Assembly: GCA_965224195.1 (NCBI GenBank)
Contig: OZ245040.1
Span: 992,001-1,056,000, forward strand
Length of the DNA: 64,000 nucleotides
Direction: 5' to 3'
Source of the DNA: Nitrosopumilus sp.
GTDB taxonomy: Archaea > Thermoproteota > Nitrososphaeria > Nitrososphaerales > Nitrosopumilaceae
In this document: positions 10,433-20,671 of the stretch, one piece after another
How positions within the stretch are numbered: position 1 is the stretch's first letter
Layout of the letters: each line of letters opens with the position of its first letter
Made by a program: the position numbers and the translations under genes
Notes under the pieces: model-generated
Database searches by the model: none
What the model was told of the DNA's origin: nothing
What the model saw: the letters and a program-made list of their open reading frames with translations, nothing else

Positions 10433-10924
10433 ATGAAATTACAAGTATTGATGTTTTATCAAGATGATCCAAAAAAATGCACTGCTGCTAAAATGGTAAA
10501 ATTTGGTCTTGCCCAAAACATCAAAAAAATTGGTTCTAAAGGTTTGGTATTAGATCCATTTTCTGAAAAGACTTTACTTCCTAAAGATAAATCAATTATT
10601 AATACAATAATTGGTATAGATTGCTCTTGGAATCTGGCAGACCAGGCATTCTCGAAAAAGTTTTCTGGTATTAAAAGAAAATTACCTCCATTACTTGCTG
10701 GTAACCCTGTAAATTATTCAAAATTAAATAAATTAACTACGGTTGAGGCCTTAGCTGCATCTTTGTTTATTTTAGATTCCAAGGATCAGGCTTTAGAATT
10801 ACTTAACAAATTCAAATGGGGTCATACTTTTTATGAACTTAATCAAAATCTTTTGGAAGAATATTCAAAACTTGAAAATGAATTGCAAATAGATTTGATT
10901 TTAAAAGACTACGGTTTACTTTGA
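10433..10924 (+). CDS. tsr3: 16S rRNA aminocarboxypropyltransferase Tsr3
   Basis: DDPKKCTA, DCSW, LPPLLAGNPVNY, LTTVEA, FKWGHTF. Confidence 0.93.
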   Translation: MKLQVLMFYQDDPKKCTAAKMVKFGLAQNIKKIGSKGLVLDPFSEKTLLPKDKSIINTIIGIDCSWNLADQAFSKKFSGIKRKLPPLLAGNPVNYSKLNKLTTVEALAASLFILDSKDQALELLNKFKWGHTFYELNQNLLEEYSKLENELQIDLILKDYGLL

Positions 10925-13374
10925 TTTCTTTTTTTAAAAAATATTACAATTCCTACTATTGCAATTATTGATATTGCCCAAACCCAATACGATGATTCAT
11001 TTTTGGCAAATTCAATATTTTCATATGTGGTTACTGGCAATTCACTTTTGCTATTTGTAACAATGAAACTTGATTCATAAAAGTCTGGTTTTAATACTGA
11101 GTTTGAAATTGCAAATATTTTGATATTGTTTGCGCCTGTACCTAGTTTATTTGAGGTCTCTGGAGTGATTGTGATGACTGTTTTACCATCTTTTGTGTCT
11201 ATTGTATTTGAAATTATTTTCTCCCCTTGACTATTTGTTAAAAAATACAGTATTGAATCTGAATTTTTGGTTTCAATATTTAGCGTGATTTCTTCTCCTT
11301 TTTGTATTAGTTTTTCTATGTCTATTTTTTCAATTGATGGAAACTGTGTTTCTTCAAATCTTGACCATTCACCTTTTTTGAATGGATATGAATCATCATC
11401 AAATGCCATTACTTTGATTGTTCTTGATTCTGGTGAATATGATTCTAGATAAAATGGACCATTACTTATCACCGCATGTTCTTTAGCCTGAATCCAATTA
11501 ATTGAAGAATCATATCTATTTTTATAATATTCTATACTTTGATTATTTTCTTTTACTGCTTCTGGAATGTAATTAGTTTCTTTAAATTCTTGTAAATAAT
11601 TTTTGATGATGATTGCGTCATTTGGTATGATTAGTGATAACCAATTAACACTTTTACTTACTGCTCCTGATCTTGAAAATGAAACTTTTCCATCCATTAC
11701 TGCTTTCTCCATTGCAGCTGTAATTTCCCACGGTACTGGTGTTGCTATGTCTGCCCAATCTGCAATCTCTCCTTCATCATAATGCCAATAGTCTACATAC
11801 ACTTCAACGGTGTTTTCATCTATTACATTTATTCCTCTAATTGTCTGAATACTTTGTGCTGCTCTGGGGGTAAATTCAGTATCAAAAGTTTTATCATTTT
11901 CATCTACTTGGGTTCCCCACTCTATGGTGAAATATAATGCATGTAAAATATCGTTAATATCCATTTTTTGCCCATTATGCCAATTACTAAGTTTCCAATC
12001 AAATGTTACTTTACTAGTTGCCAATGCATTGGACCCTACATTTTCCCATTGCTGTGATGTTGGATTCCAAATTTTTGCTTCTTGAGGTATACTTAATTTA
12101 TCATTTGGACCTGCTGTTTCAACTTGCCAGTCTGCTCTAATTGGGATTGTTTCTCCTGTAAATGGATGTTTGAATGTGGCCGGATCTGAAATTATTCCCC
12201 AAATCTGTACACTATAACTATCAGTCATACCCATTACTGGATTCCATGCTCCTTGATAGATTTGTTTGACTCCTATTGCTAATTCTTCATGATCACTTTT
12301 AGCATTAATTGGTGTGAATCTACTTGGTACTCCTGCTCCAAAATCATTTACTATTCCATTGATTTTCTCATTTACTACATACTGATCAATTTTATTTGCT
12401 AAAAAAATTCTTACTGATTCATTAATTCCTTCTACTACTGCTTCTTGAATTAATTTTGCTCTTTGTTCTGCCGTTTCAAAATCACTTGTGTATATTTTCT
12501 GAGTAATCGTATCTAATTTTTCATTTTTATAATTCCAATACGTTGGATCATTAAATCCTGGCATGTTTGAAAACCAAGGAGAATACATATGTCCCAATCC
12601 TGTGGAATCATATTTTACAAATGCTGAACGTTGCCATGCTTCTGTGTATAGATTCCATTTCACATCTGATGGATTTGACCCATAGACTATTACAAATGCT
12701 TTATTCAAATCCCCAAAATCTTTTTTTACTGTAAATCCTATTTTTTCTAATTCAACGGCTAATATTTCTCCTATTGATTTTCTTATGGGATCATCACTTC
12801 TGATAAAAATTGTAATTTCTATTGGTTTACTGTTAATCTGCCATTTTCCTTCTTTTTTGATTGCCCCTTTCTCTGTCAATGCTTTAGACATGATTTCTTT
12901 TGCTAATGTTGGATTGTATTTGAAATTGAACATCTCTAACTGTTCAATTATTGTCAGAAATTCTGGACTTGAAGTACCATAATATGAAATACTTGGGGCT
13001 CCGTATCCTCCCATTAACTCGTTTACTATCAAATTTCTGTCTACTAAATAATTTAAAGCAAATCTGGTCTCTTTATCTGAAAAAGGATTGAATTTTTCTG
13101 ATTCGGCAGGATTTACTAGAATGCTATAAAATCTACTTGTTGCATCAAAAACTTGTAATTCTTCTTTGCCTTGATTATTTTCTAATCTATCTGCTGAGAC
13201 TGTATCATAGTATATGTCTAGATTCCCATTTCTGACTTCTTCTAATGCTGTATTTTCATCTAAATATTGAATGAATTTTACTGAATCAAAAAATGTATTT
13301 TTTTCTGCAAATGATTCATTGTGTATTATTGATGCTATTGAAAGAGCTAGTATGATAACTAGCATAATTTTCAT
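10909..13374 (-). CDS. ABC transporter peptide/nickel-type substrate-binding protein (family 5)
   Basis: Signal peptide, NPFSDKETRFALNYLVDR, SNGPFYL, C-terminal TM anchor. Confidence 0.85.
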   Translation of the reverse strand: MKIMLVIILALSIASIIHNESFAEKNTFFDSVKFIQYLDENTALEEVRNGNLDIYYDTVSADRLENNQGKEELQVFDATSRFYSILVNPAESEKFNPFSDKETRFALNYLVDRNLIVNELMGGYGAPSISYYGTSSPEFLTIIEQLEMFNFKYNPTLAKEIMSKALTEKGAIKKEGKWQINSKPIEITIFIRSDDPIRKSIGEILAVELEKIGFTVKKDFGDLNKAFVIVYGSNPSDVKWNLYTEAWQRSAFVKYDSTGLGHMYSPWFSNMPGFNDPTYWNYKNEKLDTITQKIYTSDFETAEQRAKLIQEAVVEGINESVRIFLANKIDQYVVNEKINGIVNDFGAGVPSRFTPINAKSDHEELAIGVKQIYQGAWNPVMGMTDSYSVQIWGIISDPATFKHPFTGETIPIRADWQVETAGPNDKLSIPQEAKIWNPTSQQWENVGSNALATSKVTFDWKLSNWHNGQKMDINDILHALYFTIEWGTQVDENDKTFDTEFTPRAAQSIQTIRGINVIDENTVEVYVDYWHYDEGEIADWADIATPVPWEITAAMEKAVMDGKVSFSRSGAVSKSVNWLSLIIPNDAIIIKNYLQEFKETNYIPEAVKENNQSIEYYKNRYDSSINWIQAKEHAVISNGPFYLESYSPESRTIKVMAFDDDSYPFKKGEWSRFEETQFPSIEKIDIEKLIQKGEEITLNIETKNSDSILYFLTNSQGEKIISNTIDTKDGKTVITITPETSNKLGTGANNIKIFAISNSVLKPDFYESSFIVTNSKSELPVTTYENIEFAKNESSYWVWAISIIAIVGIVIFFKKRNQSKP

Positions 13375-13455
13375 GTTGATACTTTCAAAACCATGTACTA
13401 AAACCTATATCACAATACCCTGATATTATTAGTTGCTAAAACCTATATTTCTATA

Positions 13456-14109
13456 ATGAATCAAAAACTACAATTGAAACTCCATCCTAAAATGAAAATC
13501 GGATTACAAGGAATAATCCCTGGAGGTATGTCTGTACAAGATTTTTCTGCTGTCACAAAAATAAATTCTTCTGATTCTAAAATAATTTTAGATGAATTTG
13601 TTAAAAATGATATTGGAAAAAAACAAGATAATTCATATTATTTTGAAGAGGGGGATAAATTAAAAATTGCAGTAATGTTATTGGAAAAAGGTTTTCCAAT
13701 TGATGAAATTTCTGTTGCTTTGGATTGGAGGAATTTTGAAGGGCTAACTGCTGAAATATTATCTGAAAAGAATTTTGCAGTAATAAAAAATATGATGCTA
13801 ACAAAACCTAGAATGGAAATTGATGTGGTGGGTATTAGACTTGGTGTTGCAATTTTGATTGATTGTAAACATTGGAAACGTAACAGCCCATCTGCCTTAT
13901 CCACTGTGGTAAAAAAACAAATTGCTAGGACAAAACACTATGTTGAAAAAACTCCTGGAGCGTTGGCTGTGCCTGTAATTGTAACTTTGTATCAGGATAA
14001 AATCGATTTTATTGAGAATGTACCAATAGTTCCAATTTTTCAGTTTGCTTCATTTGTTGATGAATTTTATGGAAATATTGATCAAATGAAGACTATAGGA
14101 ACAGACTAG
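13456..14109 (+). CDS. PD-(D/E)xK restriction-endonuclease-like protein
   Basis: WRNFEGL...EIDVVG...IDCKHW. Confidence 0.75.
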   Translation: MNQKLQLKLHPKMKIGLQGIIPGGMSVQDFSAVTKINSSDSKIILDEFVKNDIGKKQDNSYYFEEGDKLKIAVMLLEKGFPIDEISVALDWRNFEGLTAEILSEKNFAVIKNMMLTKPRMEIDVVGIRLGVAILIDCKHWKRNSPSALSTVVKKQIARTKHYVEKTPGALAVPVIVTLYQDKIDFIENVPIVPIFQFASFVDEFYGNIDQMKTIGTD

Positions 14110-15841
14110 ATATAAATAATATCATACATCCAATCACAAACCCTTTGGTAATTTTTAATGAATTATCTAATGCTTTGGAATAATCTTCATAAATTCCCTG
14201 ACCCATTACTTTTACGTTTGATTCATTTTCTAAAATCTCAAATTTTGCTGCTGCGGTATTATTTTCTGCACTTTTTGCAATTTCAAAAAACCATTTTGCT
14301 AGTTTATCTGCACTTGTAATTAATCCTAATTGATAGTATCCATTTCTGTTCCTTGGTTTAACTGGTGCATAATGCGTATCTGATGTACAAATTTCAAGTA
14401 GTTGATAATCTCTTTTTGCAAAAATATCTATAATTTTCTCTCTGACTCCATTTTCCATATTGTTGGAATCTGCCCATCCTAAGAAATATTTTTTCTCATT
14501 AATTTTAAGACAAATAATTCCTAACCCTCCCATTCCCAAGTCTTCTGTCCATACATCCATTTCATCCGTATTGGCATAGCCAAACTCTATTGGGAAATTC
14601 TCTTTTGTAATTAGAGTATCCAAACATGATTTAGCAGCTTTTAGCATATCTTCTCCATCTTCTTTTGAAATTTCCTCACCCATTGCATTATGGGTATCCA
14701 CAATCAGGGTTCTTGTATAATTTCTATTATTTGCATACTGGACTATTTCTGTTTTCATGTAACTAGGAAGATCTTCCATACCTTGTGGTGATAATGATAA
14801 AAACAATAGTGGATTATTTCCAAAAAGTAAACCTGTCACTCTAGCTTTGTTTATTTGAACTGTTACTGGCTCTGTACATTGTATGCCCTCTTCTTTGACT
14901 TTACTATTCTCCAAATCCTTCAAAAATTTTTCAACTTCATTTCTTGATGGAAGATTCAATGCATGATCTGAAATACTGTGCATGACCATTGCTGATGATG
15001 ATAAATTTTTGTAAATTAGGTAGGGGATATTGCTTCCTCCTACGGGGTGATATGGTCCTGGATGTATCCCTGGTAATACCATTCTGAATTCTTTTTGGCC
15101 GTTTTGTGTTGAAAATTTTATTTGTGATGTGTCTATTTTGGTTTCACTTGAGCGTTCTTCCATCAGCATTTCGGCATCTTCAAAATCATTCCCTTGTGAT
15201 GCAAGATATGCTTGGATTGTTTTATGGGTGCTCTCCATTCCTGGTCTTCCTGCTCTATCTGTTACAAATGACCATACACTTGCAATAATAATAAAAGATA
15301 TCCCGTATCCTAATCCCACTGGCTCACTAAGTATCGAAATCCATAAATCTTGTGGAACTAATACCAAAAACATTGCTAGTGGTTGAATGAGACAAATGGC
15401 CCAAGCTTTTTTTAGACTTGCACCGAGAGTTGTAGTGTAAATCCCTATTCTAAAACCTGTAAAAAGTAATAATCCAAATGTGATGAAGAATAGTTCTAAA
15501 TCTTTTGATAAAACTATGCTTGAAAGTATTCCCATCAAAAGTGTAACAGTCCATAACATATTTCCAAAAAAAGATGAATGCAATGATTTTGAATATTCTC
15601 TCTTTTTTGCAAATCGTGAATCTAATAATTGTGTTAAAGATAATACTCCTAAAACAATTGGTAATCTGTACCAGTTTTCTTCAAACCCTAAATTTCCCAA
15701 ATATCCAAAATATGTAGCAAAAACTGTAACTGATGCTACTACCATTGAAACTACTAGTGAGAAATATTTTGATGATGGATTAACTAGAGTAAGGGAAAAT
15801 CTATTGTGTATATTTGAAACATCATCTATTTCTTGTTCCAT
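14093..15841 (-). CDS. DUF2070-family membrane protein
   Basis: Multi-TM N-terminus; HPGP, DTHN, DSNN and TSDTH motifs. Confidence 0.85.
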   Translation of the reverse strand: MEQEIDDVSNIHNRFSLTLVNPSSKYFSLVVSMVVASVTVFATYFGYLGNLGFEENWYRLPIVLGVLSLTQLLDSRFAKKREYSKSLHSSFFGNMLWTVTLLMGILSSIVLSKDLELFFITFGLLLFTGFRIGIYTTTLGASLKKAWAICLIQPLAMFLVLVPQDLWISILSEPVGLGYGISFIIIASVWSFVTDRAGRPGMESTHKTIQAYLASQGNDFEDAEMLMEERSSETKIDTSQIKFSTQNGQKEFRMVLPGIHPGPYHPVGGSNIPYLIYKNLSSSAMVMHSISDHALNLPSRNEVEKFLKDLENSKVKEEGIQCTEPVTVQINKARVTGLLFGNNPLLFLSLSPQGMEDLPSYMKTEIVQYANNRNYTRTLIVDTHNAMGEEISKEDGEDMLKAAKSCLDTLITKENFPIEFGYANTDEMDVWTEDLGMGGLGIICLKINEKKYFLGWADSNNMENGVREKIIDIFAKRDYQLLEICTSDTHYAPVKPRNRNGYYQLGLITSADKLAKWFFEIAKSAENNTAAAKFEILENESNVKVMGQGIYEDYSKALDNSLKITKGFVIGCMILFISSLFL

Positions 15842-15848
15842 TGTTCCT

Positions 15849-16013
15849 TCACGGAGAGAAAAATAAATCGATTATCCATGAAACGGCGATTAAACTAATT
15901 GGGATTGATACTACAATTTTTGGATCTAATTTGAATCCCTTTGTCTCATCTTCAAAGAATCTCATGAGACCTCCACTTGATGCTGGGAGTGGTGCTGATT
16001 TCTTATCTGCCAT
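15849..16013 (-). CDS. secG: Preprotein translocase subunit Sec61beta
   Basis: MADKKSAPLPASSGGLMRFFEDETKGFKLDPKIVV followed by one TM; 54 aa; missed by the ORF track. Confidence 0.92.
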   Translation of the reverse strand: MADKKSAPLPASSGGLMRFFEDETKGFKLDPKIVVSIPISLIAVSWIIDLFFSP

Positions 16014-16048
16014 TACAATTCGTCATCACGGATTTTAACATAAAAACT

Positions 16049-16378
16049 TTATTGTTTTCCTTTCATTTTATCGATTATTTCTAACAACGTATTGATTGTT
16101 TTTAGGATGTTTTGTTGTTTTTCATGATCTTTTTCCTGTTCTAGTTCTTTTGATAGATTCTCCAATTTTTTCTCAAATGTTTTTTCTATTGATGATGACT
16201 CATTTGGTTGATTTTCACTAGGTATTTCTTTTTTTTCTGGTTGTCTACCACAGCTAATGCATAATGCTTGTCCTTCTTTCATCACTCTAACCCCTGCACA
16301 GTATGGACAAGGTTCACTAAGTAATGTGGCTCCTTGAAGAAGCATTTCCGCTGCTTTTTTTGTAAGCTTTTCTGTCAC
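16049..16378 (-). CDS. UPF0148 / autoantigen p27 Zn-ribbon protein
   Basis: AEMLLQGATLLSEPCPYC...CISCG. Confidence 0.85.
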   Translation of the reverse strand: MTEKLTKKAAEMLLQGATLLSEPCPYCAGVRVMKEGQALCISCGRQPEKKEIPSENQPNESSSIEKTFEKKLENLSKELEQEKDHEKQQNILKTINTLLEIIDKMKGKQ

Positions 16379-16482
16379 TGTTTTTCTTTAATTTTCTATC
16401 TAAAAAATCCGTTTATTTTTTATTTTTTCATAATATTCAAACAAGGCTTAATAGTGTGAATAATTGAATTTATTTCGAACGA

Positions 16483-16791
16483 ATGGCAGTAATTTGTAAT
16501 ACTTGTGGTCTTCCAGAAGATTTGTGCGCATGTGGTGAACTTGCCAAAGATAGTACTAAAATCATTATTAGATTGGAAACTAGGCGTTTTAAGAAAAAGG
16601 GTACTATGATTGAAGGATTGGATCCTAAAATAAATAATCTAGAAGTTGTGGCAAAAGATCTTAAAAATAAATATGCATGTGGAGGAACTGCAAAAGAGGG
16701 TTACATATTCTTACAAGGAGATCATAGAGATACAATCAAAGACACTTTGATTCATTTAGGATTTGCAGAAGACACAATAGAATTACATTAG
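16483..16791 (+). CDS. Translation initiation factor aIF1 (SUI1)
   Basis: CGLPEDLCAC, LKNKYACGGT, LQGDH. Confidence 0.95.
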   Translation: MAVICNTCGLPEDLCACGELAKDSTKIIIRLETRRFKKKGTMIEGLDPKINNLEVVAKDLKNKYACGGTAKEGYIFLQGDHRDTIKDTLIHLGFAEDTIELH

Positions 16792-16792
16792 A

Positions 16793-17788
16793 GTGCAATT
16801 GCAAAATTCAAATAAAATACTTCAGTTAATTGGAATTCCATTTAGCGCATCACTTTCAGTAGTTTTTGGTTTACTTTTGGTTTCATTCCCAATTGGAATT
16901 CATATAGTTTTTGAAACTGATGTTGGAGGTGATATTAATTTTGAATATCCTTTAACTCACTTGGATATTTTTGATGGCACCGATTTTTACAAATCTCCTC
17001 TTGATGTTAGTATAGGTGATGCATTTGTTGTGCTATGGATATTCTATCTTGTTCTTTTTGTAATTGCTATTCTTGGACCTCGTAATGATTTTTTAAAAAC
17101 ACTTTCACTCATTATCTCTTTTGGGAAATACAATACACGCGTAAATTATATGATTGGAATAACTAAATGGTTTTCAATTTTAATTTTAATCTCAACTCTG
17201 ATAAATTATGTTCAAAAAGAAATTGGCCTTGAAATTGTCCCCCCTCTGGCTGAAAATGATTTAATTCAATTTTTTTATGTAAGCTTGGCTCCTATTCTTG
17301 AAGAATTTGGGTTTCGTCTTATTTTAATTGGCATTCCGTTGTTTGCTCTTTATTCTACAAAACCTTTTTTGAAATATTTTGTTAAATGTTTGTGGAGTCC
17401 TGCCAATTTGGATATCTATGATGCAAAAAAAGCATTTCTTTTAGTAGTTTTTGTAGGTGTTCTTTTTGGATTTGCACACATAGCATTTGGTGATTCTTGG
17501 AGTACTGGAAAGTTTGCCCAAGCTGCCGCAAGTGGAATAATTTTAGGTTGGGTGTATCTTCGATACGGTTTTGTTGTTTCTCTTTTGATTCATTGGGCTA
17601 CTAATTACTTTGTTTTTTCATATGCCAATTTTATTTCCCAGATAAATACAATTTCTATTGAAGATGCATTTTCACATTCTTTAATGTCTACTTTAGAAAT
17701 TTTACTGCTTGTTACGGGTATTTTCTCAATTAGTATTTTGTTTGTAAATAGATTTTGTTCTAAAAAAAATACTACCTTAGAGGTCTAG
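16793..17788 (+). CDS. CPBP (CAAX/Abi) intramembrane metalloprotease
   Basis: EEFGFR, FGFAH, HWATN; multi-TM. Confidence 0.9.
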   Translation: MQLQNSNKILQLIGIPFSASLSVVFGLLLVSFPIGIHIVFETDVGGDINFEYPLTHLDIFDGTDFYKSPLDVSIGDAFVVLWIFYLVLFVIAILGPRNDFLKTLSLIISFGKYNTRVNYMIGITKWFSILILISTLINYVQKEIGLEIVPPLAENDLIQFFYVSLAPILEEFGFRLILIGIPLFALYSTKPFLKYFVKCLWSPANLDIYDAKKAFLLVVFVGVLFGFAHIAFGDSWSTGKFAQAAASGIILGWVYLRYGFVVSLLIHWATNYFVFSYANFISQINTISIEDAFSHSLMSTLEILLLVTGIFSISILFVNRFCSKKNTTLEV

Positions 17789-18697
17789 TGCTACTTTCAA
17801 TCCTTTGTATCTATTTCTAATTGTTACTTCTGTAACTCCTGCAGCTTCTGCAACATCTCTTTGAGTTTTATTTTCACCATTTGTAACACATGCTACATAA
17901 AGTGCAGCTGCTGCTAACCCCATTGGATCTTTACCTGCTGATATTTTCTGTTCTTCAGCCGTTTGTAGAATTTTTGTTGCTTTTCTTTTTGTTTTTTCTG
18001 ATAACCCTGCTTTACTTGCAATTCTTGAAATGCATTTTACAGGATCAACTACTGGCATTTTCAAATTTAATTCTCTAAGTAATAATCTATAACATCTTGC
18101 AATATCTTTACGTTTAATGTTGCTTGCTTGACCAATATCTTTTAGAGTCCTTGGTGTTTCAGTATCCCTACATGCTGCATAGAGTGCAGATGCAATTAAT
18201 GCTGATATCGAACGTCCTCTTACTAGTCCTTTTTCTAAAGCTTTTCTGTAAATATAAGCTGCTTTCTCAACAACTGAATCTCCTATTACCAGTTTATCCT
18301 TTAATCTGTCTAATTCGCTAAACGCCTGTCTGAAGTTTCTGTCAACTGGTTCATGGACTTGACTTCTACTGTCCCATGTTCTTAATCTTTCAATAGTGCT
18401 TTTCATTGCTGCAGTTAATGGTTTGCCCGTTGCATCCCTGTTTTGGGGATTGATTACTGTGGCTAGCCCCATATCGTGCATTGCAAGTGATGTTGGAACT
18501 CCAGTTCTACTTTTGTTTTCACCCTCGTTTGAAAATGACCTCCATTCAGGACCTGATTCTTCTACTTTATCTGTAATAACAAATCCACATTTACCGCAAA
18601 AATTCTCGCCTGTATTGGCGTCTGTAACTATAGATCCCTTTCCACATCTGGGGCATTTGTCTTTTGGATTAGTTGTTTTAACCATTTTCTCTCTCAA
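17777..18697 (-). CDS. tfb: Transcription initiation factor IIB
   Basis: Zn ribbon CPRC/CGKCG, GPEWRSF, two cyclin repeats, GVTEVTIRNRY. Confidence 0.97.
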   Translation of the reverse strand: MREKMVKTTNPKDKCPRCGKGSIVTDANTGENFCGKCGFVITDKVEESGPEWRSFSNEGENKSRTGVPTSLAMHDMGLATVINPQNRDATGKPLTAAMKSTIERLRTWDSRSQVHEPVDRNFRQAFSELDRLKDKLVIGDSVVEKAAYIYRKALEKGLVRGRSISALIASALYAACRDTETPRTLKDIGQASNIKRKDIARCYRLLLRELNLKMPVVDPVKCISRIASKAGLSEKTKRKATKILQTAEEQKISAGKDPMGLAAAALYVACVTNGENKTQRDVAEAAGVTEVTIRNRYKGLKVALDL

Positions 18698-18838
18698 AAC
18701 CTTTTATCATGATATTTAAGATTTACTAATTCATTGCTTATAAGTATATCTGTGGTTGGCTTTGTAACATCGTCGGTTGAGATCTTCTCCTTGTCTCATT
18801 TCGGTTGGTTTTTGCCAAAATATAGAATTTAATTTTAT

Positions 18839-19609
18839 TTAATCTTGAATCGAATCATGCTTTTCAGAATTTTGTAGTATGATGTCTAATTCCTTTACTG
18901 AGGAGATTAACCAATTAATACAATATCTCATTACTTTTGTGACTTCTTCATCTGCATACTTTTTCAGAAATGAATTAAGTAAAACACGGTAGTTAGTTTT
19001 AATGAAAACAGTAATTATGAAATCTTGGAGATAAGGTGTTTCCAGATATGTTATTGCATTGAATATTTTCCCTGATTGATCTAATTTGAGATAAATTTGA
19101 TTTTTTAAAGGGGATGAAAAAGTAGAACTAGAATTTATCATATTTCTTATTCTTGTATCCATTTCGTCAAAATCATTTTTAATTCCCTTTGCTTCTGCAT
19201 CCAAATCCATTTTTGTTTTATCTTGTCTTGAAACACGCGATTTATCTGCTAAAAATCTACACCATCCAAATCCATATTGTAAATACCAATTAAGGTTTCT
19301 CAAATACTCAAAAACATCGTGGTATTCATTCATTATTGATTTATTTCTTTTATTATTTTGAATTAGAGTGGTAATTAAACTTGAAAGTAATACGGTTGAG
19401 ATTGTAAATGTACCTATAAACAAATTAAAGTCTTTTTGTTCATTAGGGTAGTTGAAAACAATATAGTTAAGAATTATAGTAAAAATTATCAGAGAAATTA
19501 TATAGAGAAATGCTAAAAACCCATTTTTCCATAATGTGTGATTGTATTTTTTATGATAGATTAATTTTGTAATTTCACTCAGATTTCTAAAAGGCATGTT
19601 GGTTATCAA
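18839..19609 (-). CDS. Hypothetical membrane protein (island)
   Basis: 256-aa ORF, two N-terminal TM helices, very AT-rich. Confidence 0.65.
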   Translation of the reverse strand: MITNMPFRNLSEITKLIYHKKYNHTLWKNGFLAFLYIISLIIFTIILNYIVFNYPNEQKDFNLFIGTFTISTVLLSSLITTLIQNNKRNKSIMNEYHDVFEYLRNLNWYLQYGFGWCRFLADKSRVSRQDKTKMDLDAEAKGIKNDFDEMDTRIRNMINSSSTFSSPLKNQIYLKLDQSGKIFNAITYLETPYLQDFIITVFIKTNYRVLLNSFLKKYADEEVTKVMRYCINWLISSVKELDIILQNSEKHDSIQD

Positions 19610-19765
19610 ATTAATAATTATTTAAGATTACATTCAATATTTACTGAATGCAAACCAGATCCTTATCTTCCATGTTTTTTGTCTAAAATCAGAATCGTTG
19701 AGAGTTTTTTGTAATATTTGATAACATAATACCCTTCTCTTTTCAATCTCAAAATACAAGTCAAT

Positions 19766-20047
19766 TTGATGACATTTATCAAATGTCTTGATTGCGGAGA
19801 AATACTAGAAAGCACATCTTTACATGATTTTGTGAAATGTTCGTGCCCAAATCCACTGTTTTTGGATGGGGGAGATGACTATTGCGGATATGGGGGCAAA
19901 GAAAAAGATCGACTTCAGATAATTGATTCTACAACAATTCACTCGTTTATCGTAGATAATTATCCTACATATGATGGGGATATTGATGATAGGTCCATAT
20001 GTGAGGTACTGGATGAAATTCATAGAAAATTAAAAAAATATGTGTGA
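19766..20047 (+). CDS. Small Cys-rich protein resembling phage-associated CxxC..HD..CxC..DGG proteins
   Basis: CLDCGEILES..LHDFVKCSC....LDGG. Confidence 0.6.
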   Translation: MMTFIKCLDCGEILESTSLHDFVKCSCPNPLFLDGGDDYCGYGGKEKDRLQIIDSTTIHSFIVDNYPTYDGDIDDRSICEVLDEIHRKLKKYV

Positions 20048-20085
20048 ATTTATGAAGTTGCATTGATTTATCCTTGTTTAAAATT

Positions 20086-20454
20086 TTAATTATTTAATGG
20101 TGGATTAAGAATTGCTCTGACATAGTCTTCAAAAACTAACCTTTGTTGATCATCTACCATTCTTCTGTATTGAATTCTATATTTTAATGCATTTTGAGGA
20201 TAACTTGGATGGTGTTGAATTTTATTTTTTAGCGTAGAGTTACCATTACCGTTTATGTGTTGACTCATTCTTTCTGGAATGTTTCCTGATTCACCTACGT
20301 AAATTATTTCTCCTGTGTCTGGTCTGCTGAGAATGTATACTCCTGCAAACTGTTCTCTACCTGTCATTGTTTTCACTGTGATTGCAGCAGCTCCTAATAG
20401 TCGCTGCAATGCAATTTTGTGTTCTTTAATTCTACTACTATATTCTCTTTTCAA
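20086..20454 (-). CDS. Stand-alone GIY-YIG nuclease
   Basis: GVY...IYVGES.N...R..QH...E...PPLN. Confidence 0.85.
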   Translation of the reverse strand: MKREYSSRIKEHKIALQRLLGAAAITVKTMTGREQFAGVYILSRPDTGEIIYVGESGNIPERMSQHINGNGNSTLKNKIQHHPSYPQNALKYRIQYRRMVDDQQRLVFEDYVRAILNPPLNN

Positions 20455-20671
20455 AAAAACCGTATATAACTTTTCAAAGTCAGACTAGCCTCAATTTACC
20501 CCTCGACAGTTATCCGTATTAACTGTCACCAGTCAAGTCAGCAGAACCGAAAATGGTTCAGTTATAAAAAGCCCCGACACGCAACACGAATAAGATTATG
20601 GTTCAAGCTCCGCTAATGCAACAGAATCCAAAAATAGGAACTATTATTTACTGTAAAAATTAGAGTCTGAT

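Noticed and set aside
15814-16038. Plus-strand 74-aa ORF
   Set aside because: Antisense to Sec61beta
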